Assembly: GCA_043228905.1 (NCBI GenBank)
Contig: JBHGNT010000017.1
Location: 13,640,001-13,704,000 of the forward strand
Reading direction: 5' to 3'
From: Azolla caroliniana
Lineage: Eukaryota; Plantae; Polypodiophyta
DNA: 64,000 bases
Numbering within the stretch: position 1 is the stretch's first letter; each line of letters opens with the position of its first letter. Positions 12,828-25,092 of this stretch are shown one piece after another. The notes beneath the pieces are model-generated. The model was given only the letters and a program-made list of their open reading frames with translations, made no database searches and was not told the DNA's origin. A program made the position numbers and the translations under genes.

Positions 12828-15800
12828 TGTGGAAAATATTAAGCAAAAATTAATATATAAATATATATTAATAGTTAGTACTTCTTATGAATACGGTTTC
12901 CTTCATGAGAAGGAAACCGTAAGTGTATTGGTGGTGCTCTATATAAAGCCACCACCAACGTTGTAACTATTAGGGCGTTTTAATATAATAAACGATTTAC
13001 ACTTTCCCTCATCTCTCTCTCTCTCTCTCTCATCTTTCTATCTCTCTTTTTCTCTCTTTCTCTTCTTTCCCAACATGGTATCAGAGCCAAACGACCTAAT
13101 AGCCTTATAGCCTATGCCTTTCTAAAATTACAAAACACGTGCCCTTACCATAATTTAACTTTCATGCCCATACAAAAATAATTATATTCATAGTGTCCAA
13201 GATCGTCAAATAACGAATGACAATTTTGTGTTTGCCGTGCGCTGATCCGGATAGCCCTCTGCAATAATGGCACAATCTATGTTGTCGTCGCAACTCAACA
13301 TGTGAAAATTCACAATCGAGAAATTATCGGACACAAATTATCGAATTTGGAAGGCAAGATTAGAATTACTTTTTAAATATAATAAAGTATGGGACCTAAT
13401 TTCAGGATCATTGACAAAACCTGAAAAAGGCGAAGAACTTGAAGAATATGAAGAAAAAGACTTGTGTGCAAGAATGGAATTTCTAATGCACGTAAGTGAT
13501 GGCACCGGAGAAACATTGCAAAAAATGGAGATGGCGCATGAAATGTGGAAGCACTTACAAACTATCTACGAGCCGAAAAACGATGCCCAACAAGCGCATA
13601 CAATTCAAGAGCTTGTTAATTACAAAATGAATGACGAACAAATGGTTGGTGAATTTCTATTAATATGGCAAAAGAAATTAGATGATGTGTTAACTTTTGG
13701 ATTAGAAATCCATGATAAATTACAAAAGATTCTCCTTCTTGGTGCTCTTCCTCACTCGTGGTCCACTTTTAGAACCACCCAAAACTCTATAAATTGTCCA
13801 ACTCTAATTGATCTTCTTGCAAACATTAGACAGGAGGAAACAATGCGTTCACAAAGGTCTTCAAATTCAACTCCAAGTGTGGCAATGGTAGCATACAAGA
13901 ACAAAAGGTTCACCCAAAGAGGAGAAAGCTCGAAGCCGTGGATAAAGAAAGATCAATACACAAAACAAGGAGGAATGTGGTTCAACAATACCTATTGTAA
14001 AATATGCAAACGTACAAATCATGCAACCAAAGATCGTCGCGCAAAGTCACATTTCAAGAGTTATCAACCATGGAAGCGTGTACAAGCCCATCTTGTTGAA
14101 GAAGAGATGGATGATGAAAAAGTCATAGGAGATGGATATGAAAATGGCGACAAGTATGACGATGTCCTTCAAGCATTCATTGTTGAATCACTTTCCGCGA
14201 CGATTCCAAACCCAAGTAATGTAAATGACATATGGTATCTCGACACTGGTTCTACTAACCACTTAACTAATAGAAAAGATTGGTTATGTAACTATAAGGA
14301 TGTTGAACCTCCTATCATTGTAAGATTTGGAAATAATGGGACTAAACAAGCTACTGGCAAGAGTGATATTACTTTTGAAGTCACAGGAGGAAGACATTTC
14401 ACAATCAATGAAGTTCTCTATGTCCCGGGCATCACCAAACATTTGCTATTGGTTACTCAAGCAACGACAAATGGTACTATCATTGAATTTCATCCTAACC
14501 ATGCTATTATTAAACATAAAGCCTCAGGTGGAGAACTTATTAGAACATGTTGTAAACGAGAAGGAGGCTTATATCCCATAAAATGTATTCATACATCTCT
14601 TATTTTAGAAGCACATCATACTACCCCAATACAATCCTCCATATCTTTAACCAATCTTCATTCTCCTTCTTCTCTTTGGCACTTTCGTCTAGGTCATATG
14701 CATTTCAATGCTCTAAAAACACTACAATGTAATAATCTAGTCCATGGTTTGCCAAAAGAACCTTTCAAGCCCATCTCTTTGTGTGAAAGTTGTATCTTTG
14801 GGAAAATGCCCCCATTCCCAAAGCATAGATCTAGAGCCACTACCCCTCTTGCAGTAGTACATAGTGATCTATGTGGACCTTTTCCAACCCCTTCTCTTAG
14901 TGGAGCCAAATATTTCATTAGCTTTATAGATGACTTTAGTTGATTTACAATATTGCATTTTCTCAAGTACAAAAGTCAAGCTTATCAAGCATTCAAAGAA
15001 TACAAGGCTCAAGTTGAAGTGCAAACATCATCAAAGATTAAAAGTCTTCAAACCGATGGTGGTGGTGAGTATATGTCTCATGAATTTCAAAGTTTATATC
15101 AAAATGAAGGCATACATCATAGAATATCAACATCACACACACCGCAACAAAATGGTGTATCCGAAAGGAAGAATAGATCACTTCTCAATATGGTTCGAAG
15201 TATGTTACAATTTGCTCACTTAAATTTTGGGAGGAAGTGGTTGGCACCGCTTGCTATATTCAAAATCGAGGATTTCATAGATCCTTGGGCCTCCAAACCC
15301 CTTATGAACTATGACATGGTCACAAACCTAACTTAAGTAACCTTCGTATTTTTGGTTGTGATGCTTATGCATTTGTGCCAAATGTTCAAAGAAATAAGCT
15401 AGAGCCAAGGGCTACAAAATCAATTTTCATCGGATATGGAGAAGCTTCGGGATACAAGGTGTACACGCTCCACAATCCACAAAAACAAAGAATATTCTTT
15501 AGTCGTAATGTGATATTCCAAGAAAATGGGCCTTCTACAAAGGTTTCTTCTTCACTCTCTTCTAATCTACCTCCCTTATTACCTACCCCTACCCACTTAC
15601 AACCATCTTCCTCAACCATCTCTAATATTAATAGCTCTCATATTGAAGGAGCCAACATTAGCTCATCCTCTACTTCCACTATTTGTGTTGGTCTTCCATC
15701 TATTCACAAGGCAAAGGTCAATCCTACTCAACCAACTAATTCTTCTTCTCATCTTCCCTCATTCCAAGCTCTAGATGATTCTCTTCCTCATGCTCCTTTA

Positions 15801-17901
15801 AATACACATTGTTTAACTCCCTCAAATAATACAAATAATGTTATCTTCTCCACTCCCTCTCCTAATCCTTCATTCCAAGCGTCATCACCAACTTCTCCAC
15901 CAAACTCTCCACCTCCAAAGTATAGATCTCTAAGTAGTATTTATGAACAACTTGATCAAATGGAAGCACATTTCGTGGACTTGGACCATGAAGCTTATAT
16001 ACAAGAAGAAGATATTCCAACCCTTAGTGATGACACAAATCTATCGGCCAAAGATACACTTTCCGGATCAAATTCTATCAAATGGAGAAAGGCTATGGAA
16101 GAAGAAATGAAGGCTTTACTTAAAAATGGTACGTGGACCCTTGTTGAGCCTCCAAAAGATCGACAAATAATTGGTTCTAAATGGGTCTTACGCATAAAGT
16201 GAGATAGTAATGGCAATCCAATTCGCTTCAAGGCTCGTGTAGTTGCTCGAGGATTTTCTCAAGTACCAGGTATTGATTTTCAAGATACATTTAGTCCAAT
16301 GCTAAAAATATGTGGTTTTCGAATGCTCGTTGCTCTTGCCGCGCAACATGATCTAGAATTGCATCACTTGGATGTACAAACGGCTTTTCTTCATGGAGAT
16401 TTAGATGAAGAACTTTAGATTCTACAACAACCACAATTTTTTGAAGATCCAAGTCATCCGACACATGTTTGTCGACTTTGTAAATCTATTTACAGTCTTA
16501 AGCAATCTCCACGCATATGGTGTCACAAACTACACTCTTTTCTTATAAAAGTTGGATATCATCGTCTAAACAATGAGCCAAATATCTATGTTAGAAAAGC
16601 CAAATCCAATTTTGTTATCATAGGTGTCTATGTTGATGATTTGCCCTTGATCTCTAACTCTAAATCTTATCTAACTATTGCAAAGAAGGAACTTGCATGT
16701 CTTTCCTATTACCAATTTAGGCCCTATGACCCATTTTCTAGGCATCAAAGTAACTCAAAACAGAACAAATCAAATTATATTAATTCCATCCTCCAAAGAT
16801 TTGATATGCTCCGTAGTAAGCCTATTAGTACTCCTCTTACCTCTCCATGTAAACTTTCAAATGATGATTCCCCAAAAAATGAATGAGAAATTTCTGAAAT
16901 GAAGGATGTACCCTATAAACAAATCCTTGTGTGTATAAGATATCTAGTAAGTTGCACACGTCCCGATATTTGCTTTGCCGCCGGTTTTCTTTCTTGTTTC
17001 ATGGCTAATCCAGGACCAAAACATTGGATCGCGCTCAAAAGATTACTATGCTACTTGAAGCATACTCAACATTATGCGTTGACTTACTCCGCCACACAAT
17101 CTGAGTCAACCACACTTGTGCAAGGATGGACAAATTCCTCTGGCCAACTAATTGGTTGGTCAGACTCAGATTGGGGGGAGATGTGGACGATCACAAGTCA
17201 ACAGGTGGATATGTTTACACACTAGCCGACACTGCAATTTCGTGGAAGTTGAAGAAACAAACTATCGTAGCATTGTCATCCACCGAAGCTGAATATGTTG
17301 CCGCGGCTTTTGCGGCTAAAGAAGGCATATGGATTAAAGCTATGCTCGAAGAATTTAAACTATTTACTATTCCAACAGTGACTTTGTTTTGCGATAATCA
17401 ATCTTGCATCAAGTTAGCCAACAATCCGAAGATGAGTGACAATATACGTCATGTGGACTTAAAACATTATCTTCTTCGCGATCTCATTGAAACAAAGAAG
17501 ATAGAGTTAAAGTTTGCTCCCACTCATCAAATGTGGGTTGATTTTCTAACGAAACCTCTTCAACATTCTAAGCACATTATTTGTTGCAAGCAAGTTGGAT
17601 TAATTGATGTAATCGAAGATAAAGATGAAAACCTACACTTCTAGAAACTTTCGCTTAGGGAGGAGTGTGGAAAATATTAAGCAAAAATTAATATATTAAT
17701 ATATATTAATAATTAGTACTTCTTATGAATACGGTTTCCTTCTCGTAAGTGTATTGGTGGTGGTCTATATAAAGCCACCACCAACTTTGTAACTATTAGG
17801 GCGTTTTAATATAATAAACGATTTACACTTTCCCTCATCTCTCTCTCTCTCTCTCTCTTCTTTCTATCTCTCTTTTTCTCTCTTTCTCTTCGTTCCCAAC
17901 A
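12828..17901 (+). mobile_element. Full-length decayed Ty1/Copia LTR retrotransposon
   Basis: LTRs 12828-13075 and 17666-17901 (TG..CA), 5-bp TSD TATAC (12823-12827 / 17902-17906), PBS TGGTATCAGAGC at 13076, PPT AGGGAGGAG at 17657. Confidence 0.97.
13268..17644 (+). pseudogene. Copia gag-pol (gag, protease, integrase, RT, RNase H) with stops and frameshifts
   Basis: WYLDTGST protease, LWHFRLGH...C..C, VHSDLCGP, QQNGVSERKN integrase, YVDD RT, SSTEAEY RNase H across several broken ORFs. Confidence 0.95.
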
Positions 17902-18369
17902 TATACAAGACCTCTTCACGATTTATGAAAAAAGAGTGGGTTTTGATGTTTGGGACAGAAAGGGTTCATTACATCATGTAATCCTTGGAGCATAACTTTG
18001 AAAAGACCAATTTGCCATTTCCGCACTACTTTCTTAGTTTTGGGATCTACCAGACACCACAAGTCATTATTTTCTCTCAATAAAAGCATGATCAAGAGAT
18101 TCCACAACAATTTCATATGACTAATTTTTGGCACAATCTCTGCTCCTCACCCCATGTTGCAAAAATGATACATCCACACATCAACTAGAAATTCTTTCAT
18201 CAAACAAGTGGGCTGCTCAATCTGGCTTACATATTACCTACCAAACATTTTTTTGCACAGTCAATTAACTTGGCTCTTTTGCTGCCAAGTCTTGTCAAGC
18301 TGTTGCATACTGTGCATTGTGGTATCAACCCAACACATTCATGCATCACATTCTATATGGTCATGATAT

Positions 18370-18580
18370 TGGGTTCACCTACTGGACTGTGAGATTCCGA
18401 TCGTATTGGAAATCCTAACACTTACCACTCAACTACTCGGGTAGCTTTAAACTTTAGTTCGGGGCCTATATTATGTAGCAGAGTCTGTCAGCCAATGGAT
18501 GAGGTTGAAAACCATGCCACTTGTTACACTCCATGTGAGGCAATTTGGCTACATCTCCAAAGAGAATTAGATGTGTTTGC
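18370..18580 (+). mobile_element. Degenerate Copia RNase H fragment
   Basis: Remnants resembling DSD..GNP...ST.G and CEAIWL. Confidence 0.45.
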
Positions 18581-18934
18581 AACTTGGGCCACTATTGCAA
18601 TAACTAAAGTTGCATTTCTACTGACAGAGTTCAGTATTTCATGCCAACCAAGCATATTGAAATACAATACACTTATATTTGGGGATGTGTGATGATTGGA
18701 GACCTCACATATTGTCCCGCTTTTGATAATGCCGCTGATCAATTTGCCTGGCAGTAAAATTCATGTACTAAGAGGCGCATCTTGAACTTCTTTTGCTTTA
18801 TACTATCTTTATTGCTGTAGAGAATGTTGGCAACCTCACTGTCACATCAACATGACAGATCTTGAATTATAAATCCTTTGCGAACTTTATCTATAATGCT
18901 CCCTTATGTTTTCATGCAAATCTTCACCTATCTC

Positions 18935-19311
18935 TAACAATCGGCAACGGTTCGAGAGGGCCAAAACCGAACCGTTTACAATTTCTGAAACTTAGACCGA
19001 ACCCAACCGACCGAACCACGAAACCGTTAAAACGAACCATTAATTAATATTTTTCAAACCATTAAGTCATTAAACTGGTAAAACCGCGGTTTCGTGGTTC
19101 AATTTCAGTTTTCAACTTCGGTCAAAATTCAAATTTGAAAATTTTCCAAAATGTGAGAATAAGGCATGAAAATGAAAAGATTATTTAAAAACAATTTTTT
19201 TTAATTAAAAAAAAACCATTAAATCGTTTAAACGATCGTTTCTGGTTGTTGAAACAGAACCGAACCGTTTAATAAAATCCGAACTTGAACCGAACCGTTT
19301 GCCGATTGTTA
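18935..19311. mobile_element. Non-autonomous hAT-type MITE
   Basis: TIRs TAACAATCGGCAA(A)CGGTTCG, 8-bp TSD CCTATCTC (18927-18934 / 19312-19319), many subterminal AACCG motifs. Confidence 0.9.
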
Positions 19312-21072
19312 CCTATCTCTATGCCAAATCAGCAAAACCCTTCATAAGAGTCATGGACATATTTTTGTTGTATAAATAGAGGCACATCCTTCTGCTATTA
19401 ATCAATTACACATCTCTTTTTGGATATAGATAAACTCTCCATTCATTTTGTAATGTCTGATATCTTATATTTTCATAATTTTCATGGACTGTTCTGAAGT
19501 TTCATTTCAACTTACATTTGCTTCAAGTTGCAATGGGTGGACCAACTGCCTGCAAGGGACAAAGTAATCTTCACGCCAGGAGGGATGTTACAACTGACAA
19601 AGATGCCGGTCCCCACTAACATTTTTCTTTAGCATGTTTGTTTTGGTTAAGAGACAGGTAAAGGTTTATAGGCAATAAGCCCATGTGAGTGGTGATAGAA
19701 ACATGCACTTGAGTTTCCTTCAAACAAAAACTTGTGTCAAGTCCTTTCAAGTATCGAGAAATTTTGGAGCACTCAAAATCTCTTCCATACGAACAAGGGA
19801 AATATGATTACCATTATGTCATATAGCATAATGGAAAGAAGATCCCTCTATGTTCAGGCAACAACATAAGGTTCAAAAAAATTGCCCTGTGGCCTAATTC
19901 TAAATGAAGCACAAACTATAGTTACAAGAAATTATGTGAAACTGTAGAAAATGAACTAGAAAGAACCTAGTCACATCGTTTGTTTTCCGGACAGGTTGAT
20001 AAGTTAGAAAACACATTGGCAGAGAGTGAGAAGCAACTTCGATGAGTTGCAAGAACTAGGCACATGGTTTAGATAGCTTGGACTAATAATTGCCATTTTT
20101 AGAATTTGAGAATGTGATTTTTGGGTGTTATCAAAGAAAGAACTCAAAATCTGCTTAAACAACCATATTTCCTTCATGAACGAATTTATTGCCATTGTTA
20201 GCATTTCATACACAAGTTCACATACATACCGTGAGGCCAATAATCAGTCCTTAAGTAACAATCTTAAAGGGAAACAATGCAAAATAGGCAGTGAAGTGAT
20301 AAGGAAATGGCCATACAGGCAACAAATACACATCAATTTATTATCCTCATCTAAAGACAATACATATGCACACATTCCACAAATTACTTACAAAAACGGA
20401 TAAGAGAATTGAATTTTCCAATATAGAAAGCATCGAGAAATGAACTATAGTAGATCAACATAAGGCAAAACCATAGGCTTATTATGTTGCATCCAAAAAA
20501 ATACTTATAACAAGGATTTTTTCCATGCTATTTAAAAGTTTTCATATTGCTCAAGGAAATGGTGCAAGGACTTTCATTCATATGGTAGCTAAATCGTTAA
20601 ATCGACAAAGACTCGAACTGAACCAAGCCAAGATCCCCCAAAGCAGAACCGAACCATTCACACCCAATTTCTCAACTTGAAACGATCCCATTTAAGCAGT
20701 CAAGCCACAATTATTTGCATTTCGGCTCGGTTGAGCTGATGGGTGTCATGGTGTCATGCAAAAATGAGTGAATGAGCGGACACAGGTCTCGAGAACAACA
20801 AAGAAGACCTTAGGTTTAGTTACTGGAAAAACAATGTATTATTACGAATGCATCCACATTGACCAACCATCTCCATGGATTTTGTTTGGATTTATATAGC
20901 ATAAATTTGTTTCCGATGCCCCTAATATGTGGAGGTGAGCTAATTAAGCCTCTCTCAAACACATGACCTCTTCCCTTGACATGAGCTAATTAACCATGAT
21001 TAATGGCTGAACTCTCTTGTCGATGGTTCCTAATCCTCCCCCCTAATCTAGGAAGGTGAGCTAATTAAGCCT

Positions 21073-22540
21073 TTATCATCGTCATCTTCATGATATGCAA
21101 TTTTGTCTTCATTTTTAAAAGTTTCTTGTTCTTGTTCTTCTTACTTTGATCTTTTTAATATCAACCTCCGTTTAATCTTACAACTTCTTCTTCTTGCTTT
21201 GCTCTTTGTATTCTCGGCCTCCTCCGTTTAATGTCACTACTTCTTCTCTTGCTTTGCTCTGTGTATTCCCAACATCCTCCGTTTAATGTCACTACTTCTG
21301 AATCTCTTGCATTTGCTTTGTGTATTCTCAACCTTCTCCGTTTCATCATAATCTTATTCTTCTTCTTTCTGTGACTTCATCATCGTCATCTTCATGATCT
21401 GCAATTTTGTCTTCATTTTTAAATGTTTCTTGTTCTTCTTGCTTTGCTCTATGTATTCTCAGCCTCCTCCGTTTCATCATAATCTTATTCTTTGTCTTTC
21501 TTTGACTTTATCATCGTCATTTTCATGATCTGCAATTTTGTCTTCATTTTTAAAAGTTTCTTCTTCTTCTTCTTGCTTTGCTCTATGTATTCTCAGACTC
21601 CTCCATTTAATCTCACTACTTCTTCTCTTGCTTTGCTCTGTGCATTCTCAACCATCTTTGTTTAATATGACTACTTCTTCTCTTGGTTTGTTCTATTTAT
21701 TCTCAACCTAGTCCATTTCAGCATAATCTTATTCTTCTTCTTTCTGTGATTTCATCATCGTGATCATCATGATCTCCAAATTTGTCTTCATTTTTAAATA
21801 TTTCTTCTTCTTCTTCTTGCTTTGCTCTATGTATTCTCAGCCTCCTCTGTTTAATCTCACTACTTCTTCTCTTGCTTTGCCCTGCATATTCTCAGATTCC
21901 TCCGTTTAATCTAACTACTTCTCTTGCTTTGCTCTATGTATTCTCAGGCTCCTTCATTTCATCATAATCTTATTCTTCTTCTTTTTGTGAAGTCTTCATC
22001 ATCGTTATCTTTGTGATCTCCAATTTTGTCTTCATTTTTAAACATTTCTTCTTCTTGCTTTGCTCTGTGTATTCTTAGATTCCTCCGTTTCATCATAATC
22101 TTATTTTTCTTCTTTTTGTGACTTCATCATCGTCATCTTCATGATCTGTAATTTTGTGTTCATTTTTAAACGTTTCTTGTTCTTGTTCTTGTTCTTGTTC
22201 TTCTTGCTTTGCTGTGTGTATTCTCAGCCCCCTACGTTTCATCATAGTCTTATTATTCTTCTTTCCTTGACTTCATCATCGTCATCTTCATGATATGCAA
22301 TTTTGTCTTTATTTTTAAACGTTTCTTCTTCTTGATTTGCTCTATGTATTCTCAGATTCCTCTGTTTTATCATAATCTTATTCTTCTTCTTTTTGTGACT
22401 TCATCATCGTCATCTTCATGATCAACAATTTTGTTTTCATTTTTAAACGTTTCTTCTTCTTTTGCTTCTTCTCTTGCTTTGCTCTGTGTATTCTCAGTCT
22501 CCTCCGTTTAATCTCACTACTTCTTCTCTTGCTTTGCTCT
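21073..22540. repeat. Composite pyrimidine-rich satellite (~50 bp and ~120 bp related units)
   Basis: Repeated ttcttgctttgctctRtgtattctcag..cctccgttt followed by either aatctcactac or catcataatcttattcttc...catcatcgtcatcttcatgat..gcaattttgtcttcatttttaaa. Confidence 0.93.
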
Positions 22541-22868
22541 TGTCATAGACTCGAAGCTGTGACCTATAGCACACCCAATACTTAATATGAGATATAAATC
22601 ATTTGGAAACCCTTAAGTTATATGTAAATTGTATATGGTTAATATTGTATAGTCTAGCATATAGAATATTGTAGTGTTTAGTATATTCTAGAAATGTTCT
22701 ATGCTATATTCTAGAGATATTTCTCGGGTATATTCTTGAGATATTCAATCTTAGAACTTGTATAAATATGTGTGTTCACCTAGATTACAATCAGGGTGAA
22801 CAACACAAGTTATGGATTCTTTCAATTAATCAACTCATCCCTTTGATTATCTTTAGACTACCCTATTA

Positions 22869-25092
22869 TGTTGGGAGATAGGTCCCTCCGGATGGGAAGA
22901 GAGAAGAACAGAGAACTGGATGAGGAGTACCCGGCTATGGAGAGCCGGATGATGCAGACCCGGTGAGAACCGGATGAGGAGTACCCGGCTACGGAGAGCC
23001 GGATGACGCAGACCCGGTGAGAACCGGATGAGGAGTACCCAGCTATGGAGAGCCGGATGGTGCAGACCCGGTGAGATTCGGATGAGGAGTACTCGGCTAT
23101 GGAGAGCCGGATGGTGCAGACCCGGTGAGAACCGGATGAAGAGACATATTCGTAAATATGTTTCTGAGAGTCCATGGAGGCTATATTTGTAAATAGCCGA
23201 AAAGTCATATTAGTATAAATATGACTTAGGGCAAACTTGTTGTTTGGTTGTTGTCATTCTTGTTGGTGCAAGAATAGATAGAGCGCGTAACTGTGTACAC
23301 AGAGAGAGAGAGAGAGAAAGAGGTCGTTGCATCTGTTGTAATTGCCGCCTGTGGCGAGGATCGTGAGCACGAGGTCGTTGCCTCCGTGAACTCACTGCTG
23401 TACATACTAACCTAGTGATAGTTTGCAGCATGTGGGTTGCCGTGGTTTTTTCCCTAGTTTGGGGTTTTCCACGTTAAACATCCTGCGTACTCTTCTCTTC
23501 CATTGTGTCGTTCTTTATTTCCCGTTTTTCTGTGTATGATTCTAAGCTCGGTTGTGGCCGAACGTTGTGCATAAGGAGCGTTGAGTTCCCGACAAGTGGT
23601 ATCAGAGCGAAACGACACAGAAAATGGACGAATCGCTGGGCAGCATGTTCAAGCTCACCGACTCCAACTATTCAGTGTGGAAGTCGAAGATGAGGGATAT
23701 GCTCGTGGTAAAAGATCTTTGGTTACCGGTTCAGTTTGGGGACAAGAGACCGGACAAAATCGACGCCGTAATATGGGAGGTGATGCACATGAAGACAACG
23801 ACGTACATACGGTGCTTCATCGACATGAGCCTGTACAACAACTTCACTGAAGAGAGCAAGGCTCATGAGCTCTGGGAGAAGATCGGCATAATGTTTCAGA
23901 ACAAAAATGCTATTAATTAGGTTTCGGTATTCCAGAAGCTAGTAAGACTCCGGTACCAAGATGGCTCCAGCATGGCGGGGCACATGAATGCCGTCCAAGG
24001 GCTGATACACCAGGCAACTTCATTGGAAGTACCTCTCGCCGATGAGATACTAGCGCTACTCCTGCTCGGTTCCCTCCCGGATAGCTGGGAGACGTTGGTT
24101 GTCACTTTGGGCAACGCCTGGCCGGAAGGAAAACGGTTATCCCTAGCAAGAGTGGAGTTGAGCCTGCTAGATGAGGAGGCGCGTCGGAAAGACAAAGATA
24201 CAAGCTCCGACTCCAAAGCGCTCCTTACCGAATCGGAACGCGGAAGACAGAGAAACCGCAGTCCCCAGAACCGGGAGAAGTCGGGGACACGGTCAAAGTC
24301 AAGGGGGAGGCCTACTTGCTTCTATTGCGGCAAGCCGGGACACCTCCAAAAGAACTGTCGGCATTTCCGTAAAGACAAGGAAACCGACGGTACCGATTCG
24401 AAGCGGACCCCGGACCGGAACGACAAAGACCGGAGGGGAACGGACCGGAAGGGAACGACGACAATCGTGGCAAGTGAAGAAGAGTTGATGCTCATCACCG
24501 AGGAGAGTGAGATAAACCTTGCCGGCTACGAGATGACCTGGGTGGTAGACTCCGGAGCGTCGTTCCACCTTACCCCGGACCGAAAATGCTTCTCATCCTA
24601 CTCAGCCGGTGATCACGATTGTGTCCGGATGGGGAATGAAGGTACATGCCGAATTGTCAACACCAACTGGATGCAAGTTGCTACTGAGGGATGTCCGACA
24701 CGTTCCGGAGGTTCGACTGAACCTGATATCAGCCGGTCGGCTAGATGATGAAGGCTACACTGGTAGCATCCGGAACGGTGTCATGAAGTTCAGCAAAGGG
24801 AGCCTGATTGTGGCTCGGGCCCGGAAGGTCAACACACTGTACCTGATGAATGCTCGGTTATGTCCGGAAGAAGTGAACGTGGCATCCGACATTGCCGATG
24901 AGCTGTGGCATAAGAGGCTATGTCATATGAGCGAGAAGGGGATGAAGAGGCTTGCAGACGACAACCTCATTCCAGTGAAGAACGTGCACTTGGAGAAGTG
25001 CACTGATTGTCTGGCCGGTAAGCAAAACCGGACCTCCTTCCGACCAAGGCCACCGATGAGACGTAATGCACCACTAGAGTTGGTGCATACGG
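22869..25092 (+). mobile_element. Copia family C 5' part: LTR 22869-23594, PBS 23597-23608, disrupted gag-protease-integrase N-terminus
   Basis: TGTTGGGAG...CCCGACA, TGGTATCAGAGC, CFYCGKPGHLQKNC, WVVDSGAS, LWHKRLCH; premature stop at 23920; cut at ELVHT by a Gypsy LTR. Confidence 0.93.
22911..23140. repeat. 54-bp tandem repeat (~4 copies) in U3 of Copia C LTR
   Basis: gagaaccggatgaggagtacccggctatggagagccggatgRtgcagacccggt repeated. Confidence 0.95.

Larger units (their letters stand above)
12177..18317 (-). pseudogene. MOK/RAGE (Chlamydomonas LF4-like) kinase, 5' four exons only: 18311-18317, 12608-12732, 12433-12512, 12177-12307
   Basis: Spliced translation MHK YRIIAKKGKGTFSEVLKAQ...YVAIKCMKNTFNSVDQ VTNLREILALQRLSPHANIIKLLEVLY DEPIGKLALVFELMDRNIYEMIR...YMYQLIK, closely matching the LF4/MOK N-lobe; phase-consistent GT-AG introns except the exon-2 acceptor (GG); the 7-nt exon 1 is inferred; no HRD/DFG exons seen. 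Confidence 0.8.

Noticed and set aside
20742-21072. Possible LTR fragments flanking the satellite (also 22541-22868)
   Set aside because: LTR-like composition, but no PBS, PPT, TSD or partner could be confirmed
21161-21967. Small ORFs in the satellite as genes
   Set aside because: Stops and frame changes recur in the repeat units
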